Part shown: positions 59,730 through 64,000 of the stretch, piece after piece
Layout: every line of letters begins with the position of its first letter
How positions within the stretch are numbered: position 1 is the first letter of the stretch
NCBI GenBank assembly: GCA_965223545.1
Contig: OZ245006.1
Span: 32,001 to 96,000, forward strand
DNA from: Planctomycetota bacterium
Lineage (GTDB): Bacteria; Planctomycetota; UBA1135; UBA2386
Direction: 5' to 3'
DNA: 64,000 nucleotides
The notes under the pieces: model-generated
What the model saw: the letters and a program-made list of their open reading frames with translations, nothing else
Told to the model about the DNA's origin: nothing
The model's database searches: none
Translations under genes and position numbers: made by a program

Positions 59730-61295
59730 ATGCGCCTGCGTTTCGCACCGTCTCCGACCGGCCCGCTGCACATCGGCGGCGCGCGGACCGCGCTGTACAA
59801 CTGGGCGGCCGCGCGCGCCGCCAAGGGCCAGTTCCTGCTTCGCATCGAGGACACCGATCGGGCGCGCTCGAGCGAGGATTCGCTCCGCATCATCCTCGAG
59901 GGCCTGTCCTGGCTCGGCCTCGACTGGGACGAGGGGCCCGATGTCGGCGGCCCGCACGGACCGTACTTCCAGACCGAGCGGCTGGAGCTGTACCGCGGCT
60001 ATGCCGCGCGGCTGCTCGAGGCCGGCTCGGCCTACCACTGCTACGCGACGCCGGAAGAAGTCGAGGAGGGCCGGCAGGCGTTGGCGGCGGCGGGCAAGCG
60101 GCCGATGTACGACCGCCGCCATCGCGACTTGACCGACGCCGAGCGCGCCGCGTTCGCGGCGGAGGGGCGGACACCGTCGCTGCGCTTCCGCATGCCGCTC
60201 GACGAGGCCGTCGTGCTCGACGACGAGGTCAAGGGACCGGTCTCGGTCAACCTCGAGGAGCTCGACGATTGGGTGATGGTGCGGCCGGACGGCATGCCGA
60301 CCTACAACTTCGCCTGCGTCGTCGACGACATCGAGATGCGGATCACCCACGTGGTGCGCGGCGACGAGCACTTCATGAACGGCGTCAAGCAGCTGGTCCT
60401 GTACCGCGCTCTCGACGCGCAGCCGCCGCGCTTCGCGCACATCCCGCTGATCCTCGGGCCCGACGGCAAGAAGTTGAGCAAGCGGGACGCGCAGACCAAC
60501 CTGCTCGACTACCGCGACCAGGGGTATCCGCCCGAGGCGCTGTTCAACTACATCGCCCTGCTGGGCTGGGCGTATTCCGGTGACCGCGACCGCTTCACGG
60601 CGGCCGAGATGGTCGAGCGGTTCGACCTCGCCAAGATCAGCACCGGCGGCGCGCACTTCGACCACACCAAGCTGCGGGCGCTGTGCGGCCACTACGTGCG
60701 GGAGATGACGCCCGCCGAGCTCGTCGACCGCGCGCGCCCGTGGTTGGCCGAGGCGGCGGCCGTGCCCGAGGCCGCCTTTGCCAGCCACGCCGGGCTGGTG
60801 CGCAACGCGGTGGCCTGCTACCAGGAGCGGGTCGAGCTGTTCGGCGAGCTGCCGCCGGCGGTGGCGTATGTCTTCGCCGACACCCTCGAGTTCGACGAGG
60901 CCGCGCAGAAGAACCTGCGCAAGCACGGCGACGCGCGCAAATGGCTCTCGGCCTACGCGGAGCACTTGACGACTCTCGCGCTGCCGCCGTCGTACCCGTC
61001 CGATCGCGGCGCGGCCGACGACGGCGTGACCCTGCCGACCCCCAAGGAGGGCGCGCCGGAGGACGGGCCGTTCGTCACGCCGAAGGCGCTCGAGACCGAC
61101 GCCCGCACGTTCGCCGAGCGGCTGGGCGTCAAATTCGGCCACTTGGTTCACCCCGTGCGCGCCGCGCTCAGCGGCACCAACAAGGGCCCGGGGCTGTTCG
61201 ACATCGTCTACCTGCTCGGCGCCGAGCGCACCGTGGCGCGGCTGCGGGCCGCGGCCGGTGCGGCCGCAGCCGCCGGCGAGGACGGCAAGCCATGA
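59730..61295 (+). CDS. gltX: Glutamate--tRNA ligase
   Basis: [49 protein letters not shown]...GPG. Confidence 0.96.
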   Translation: MRLRFAPSPTGPLHIGGARTALYNWAAARAAKGQFLLRIEDTDRARSSEDSLRIILEGLSWLGLDWDEGPDVGGPHGPYFQTERLELYRGYAARLLEAGSAYHCYATPEEVEEGRQALAAAGKRPMYDRRHRDLTDAERAAFAAEGRTPSLRFRMPLDEAVVLDDEVKGPVSVNLEELDDWVMVRPDGMPTYNFACVVDDIEMRITHVVRGDEHFMNGVKQLVLYRALDAQPPRFAHIPLILGPDGKKLSKRDAQTNLLDYRDQGYPPEALFNYIALLGWAYSGDRDRFTAAEMVERFDLAKISTGGAHFDHTKLRALCGHYVREMTPAELVDRARPWLAEAAAVPEAAFASHAGLVRNAVACYQERVELFGELPPAVAYVFADTLEFDEAAQKNLRKHGDARKWLSAYAEHLTTLALPPSYPSDRGAADDGVTLPTPKEGAPEDGPFVTPKALETDARTFAERLGVKFGHLVHPVRAALSGTNKGPGLFDIVYLLGAERTVARLRAAAGAAAAAGEDGKP

Positions 61296-62956
61296 GCACG
61301 GAAGCCACCGACTTCATCCGCCAGCGCATCCGCAAAGACCTCGCCGAGGGCAAGAACGGCGGCCGGGTGCACACGCGGTTTCCGCCCGAGCCCAACGGCT
61401 ACCTGCACATTGGCCACGCCAAGGCGATCTGCCTCAACTTCGGCATCGCCGAGGAGTTCGGCGGCAAGTGCAACCTCCGGCTGGACGACACCAACCCGAC
61501 CGTCGAGAACGTCGAGTTCGTCGAGGCGATCAAGGACGACATCCGCTGGCTCGGGTTTCAGTGGGACGGCGAGGTGTTGTACGCCTCGGACTACTTCGAC
61601 CAGCTGTACGAGTGGGCCGAGGCGCTGGTGCGCAAGGGGCTGGCCTACGTCGACGACCAGAGCCCCGAGCAGATCCGCGAGAGCCGCGGCACCATCACGA
61701 CTCCCGGCACCGACAGCCCGCACCGCGACCGCAGCGTCGAGGAGAACCTCGACTTGCTGGCCCGCATGCGCGCCGGCGAGTTCGCCGAGGGCGCCTGCGT
61801 GCTGCGCGCCAAGATCGACATGGCGCACGCGAATCTCAATCTGCGCGATCCAGTGATGTACCGCATCGTCGTGGCCGACCACCACCGCACCGGAGACCGG
61901 TGGTGCATCTACCCGATGTACGACTGGGCACACGGTCAGAGCGACTCGATCGAGGGCATCACCCACTCGCTCTGCACCCTCGAGTTCGAGCACCACCGCC
62001 CGCTGTACGACTGGTTTGTCGCGCAGCTCGAGATCCACCCGCCGCAGCAGATCGAGTTCTCCAAGCTGATGTTCACCCACATGATCGTCAGCAAGCGCAA
62101 CCTGCGCCGGCTGGTCGAGGAGGGCCACGTCACCGGCTGGGACGATCCGCGCGTGCCGACTCTGCGCGGGCTGCGCCGGCGCGGCTACCCACCCGCGGCA
62201 TTGCGCAAGCTGTGCGCCCACGTCGGCATCACCAAGTACGACGGCGTGCAGGAGATCGCGCTGCTGGAGAGCTTCGTGCGGGACGAGCTCAACCGGGTCG
62301 CCGAGCGCCGCCTGGGCGTGCTGCGCCCGCTGAAGGTCGTGATCGAGAACTACCCGGCCGACCAGGTGGAAGAGCTCGAGGCGATCAACAACCCCGAAGA
62401 CGAGAGCGCGGGCACGCGGCAGCTGCCGTTTGGGCGCGAGCTCTACATCGACCGCGACGACTTTCGGCTCGAGGCGCCGAGGAAGTACTTCCGGCTGAAG
62501 CCGGGCGCCGAGGTGCGCTTGCGCTACGCGTACTTCATCCGCTGCGTCGACGTGGTGATGGAGGGCGACGAGGTCGTCGAGCTGCGCTGCACGTACGACC
62601 CGGAGACCCGCGGTGGGCAGTCACCCGATGGCCGCAAGGTCAAGGGCACGATCCACTGGGTCTCCGCCGCCCACGCCGTCGATGCGGAGGTGCGGCTCTA
62701 CGATCACCTGTTCGCGGTCCCGGACCCCGGGGTTGCCGACGACTTCGTCGAGCACCTCAATCCCGAGTCGCTGCAGGTGCTGCGCGGCTGCAAACTCGAG
62801 CCTTCGCTGGCCCGGGCCGCGGTGGGGGAGTTCTATCAGTTCGAGCGGCAGGGCTACTTCTGCCTCGACCGCGACGCACGCCCGGACGCGTTGGTGTTCA
62901 ACCGCACAGTCGGCCTGCGAGACTCGTGGGCCAAGATCGAGAAGAAGGGGGGCTGA
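61292..62956 (+). CDS. glnS: Glutamine--tRNA ligase
   Basis: [54 protein letters not shown]; no Yqey extension; ATGA overlap with gltX. Confidence 0.97.
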   Translation: MSTEATDFIRQRIRKDLAEGKNGGRVHTRFPPEPNGYLHIGHAKAICLNFGIAEEFGGKCNLRLDDTNPTVENVEFVEAIKDDIRWLGFQWDGEVLYASDYFDQLYEWAEALVRKGLAYVDDQSPEQIRESRGTITTPGTDSPHRDRSVEENLDLLARMRAGEFAEGACVLRAKIDMAHANLNLRDPVMYRIVVADHHRTGDRWCIYPMYDWAHGQSDSIEGITHSLCTLEFEHHRPLYDWFVAQLEIHPPQQIEFSKLMFTHMIVSKRNLRRLVEEGHVTGWDDPRVPTLRGLRRRGYPPAALRKLCAHVGITKYDGVQEIALLESFVRDELNRVAERRLGVLRPLKVVIENYPADQVEELEAINNPEDESAGTRQLPFGRELYIDRDDFRLEAPRKYFRLKPGAEVRLRYAYFIRCVDVVMEGDEVVELRCTYDPETRGGQSPDGRKVKGTIHWVSAAHAVDAEVRLYDHLFAVPDPGVADDFVEHLNPESLQVLRGCKLEPSLARAAVGEFYQFERQGYFCLDRDARPDALVFNRTVGLRDSWAKIEKKGG

Positions 62957-62968
62957 GACCGCCTCGAG

Positions 62969-63763
62969 TCAGCGCCCGCGGTAGTCGGCGTAGGAGCGCT
63001 CGAACGCGCGGTCGAAGGCCGTCGCGCTCTCGAGATCACCGGTGCGGAAGGCGTGCACCCGGGCGCCGTCCAAGTAGTCGAACCGGGTGACCGGCCGCAG
63101 GCAGGCGAACACGAGTCCGCAGAATGCCGCGAGCCACGCGGCGCGGACGGCGCGGTCCGGCCCCTCGCGCGCCGGCCGCAGAAACCAGAACACCACCGCG
63201 AAGCCGGCGATCAAACCGCCGATGTGGGCGGAGTTGCTGACCATGGGCAGCAGCCAACCGATCGCCAGGTTGGCGACGATCAGCATCACCAGCTGGCGCG
63301 ACCCCACCGAGCTCCAGAAATCGAGCAGGTGGCGACCGGCGCGCATGTTGAGCGCCAGCGCCGCTCCCATCATGCCGAACAGGGCGCCGGAGCCGCCGAC
63401 CATGGGCACGGTGGGTGGCGTCCACAGGCCGGCGAAGACCGCGCCGCCGATGGCGGCCACGGTGTAGAGCAGCGCGAAGCGCAGACTGCCGAGCGCCTGC
63501 TCCAAGATCGGCCCGAGCATCAGCAGGAAGTACGAGTTGAACAGCAGGTGCAGCAGGCCGCCGTGCAGGAACGCATGCGTCAGCAGGCGCCAGAACTCGC
63601 CCTGCTGCACCGCCGCGCCCAGCATCCAGCCCTTCACCATGTAGACGCTGGCTTCCTGCGTGCGCGCCGCGGTGGACTCGGTGACGAACCCCAGCGTGAT
63701 GTAGGCCAGCAGCACGATGTAGCTCACCGGGGCGCGGTTCGCCGCTTCGAGGACGCCCTTCAT
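62969..63763 (-). CDS. Rhomboid family intramembrane serine protease
   Basis: WRLLT..FLH, HLLFN, GGSG (catalytic Ser), AHIGG (catalytic His). Confidence 0.92.
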   Translation of the reverse strand: MKGVLEAANRAPVSYIVLLAYITLGFVTESTAARTQEASVYMVKGWMLGAAVQQGEFWRLLTHAFLHGGLLHLLFNSYFLLMLGPILEQALGSLRFALLYTVAAIGGAVFAGLWTPPTVPMVGGSGALFGMMGAALALNMRAGRHLLDFWSSVGSRQLVMLIVANLAIGWLLPMVSNSAHIGGLIAGFAVVFWFLRPAREGPDRAVRAAWLAAFCGLVFACLRPVTRFDYLDGARVHAFRTGDLESATAFDRAFERSYADYRGR

Positions 63764-64000
63764 CCGACGGCTCCTTGGGTGCGCAAGGCCAGCACCGCGC
63801 GGGCGCGCAGCAGGGCGTCTTCGGCGGCAAGCCTGGTGCCGCCGGCCGGTGGCTTCGCCACGCTGCGCAGCGCGTCGGTGGCCTCGCCGTCGCGGGACAA
63901 CCCGCGCAGCGCCTTGGCGCGGTGAAACTGGGCGCGCCGGCTCTCGCCGTACATCCGCTGCTGCTCGTCGAGGATCGCGAGCGCCTCCTGCAGGTGGCCG
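63760..64000 (-). CDS. C-terminal fragment of a TPR-like helical protein (continues beyond the window)
   Basis: Frame is open to the window end (GHLQEALAILDEQQRMYGES...AQFHRAKAL); stop overlaps the rhomboid ATG. Confidence 0.55.
   Translation of the reverse strand, partial: GHLQEALAILDEQQRMYGESRRAQFHRAKALRGLSRDGEATDALRSVAKPPAGGTRLAAEDALLRARAVLALRTQGAVG

Overview
High-GC bacterial chromosomal window, probably from Planctomycetota. This is inferred from the ECF-sigma/Ser-Thr kinase pair, the DUF4388, prenyltransferase-repeat and carboxypeptidase-like proteins, and the many secreted beta-propellers. It holds about 47 CDSs, two tRNAs (Leu-TAG, Ala-GGC) and one apparently complete IS1/IS1595-like element with 20-bp inverted repeats and an 8-bp flanking duplication. 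Housekeeping blocks: alkA, arsC-like/ogt/Zn-ADH, rlmL-like methyltransferase, NhaC antiporter, ferredoxin/ThiF/Cys desulfurase, nfeD/floA/yqfB-like, lysS with lolC/lolD/lolE-like genes, gltA, a 3-hydroxyacyl-CoA dehydrogenase, gltX/glnS and a rhomboid protease. An accessory block (about 40.5-57.7 kb) of large secreted repeat proteins ends at tRNA-Ala. Most notable observations: (1) four unrelated secreted proteins end in what looks like the same ~115-130 aa C-terminal domain, a candidate sorting or anchoring signal; (2) a 52-bp promoter-like direct repeat brackets a divergent ECF sigma/WD40 kinase pair, one copy preceding a secreted propeller gene and the other an orphan signal-peptide stub running antisense into the sigma gene; (3) many start codons have a TANNNT box 6-10 nt upstream, suggesting leaderless mRNAs; (4) a non-RD kinase with eight CxxC-type knuckles is coupled to a PP2C phosphatase. 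All family calls come from reading motifs by eye; no database searches were run.
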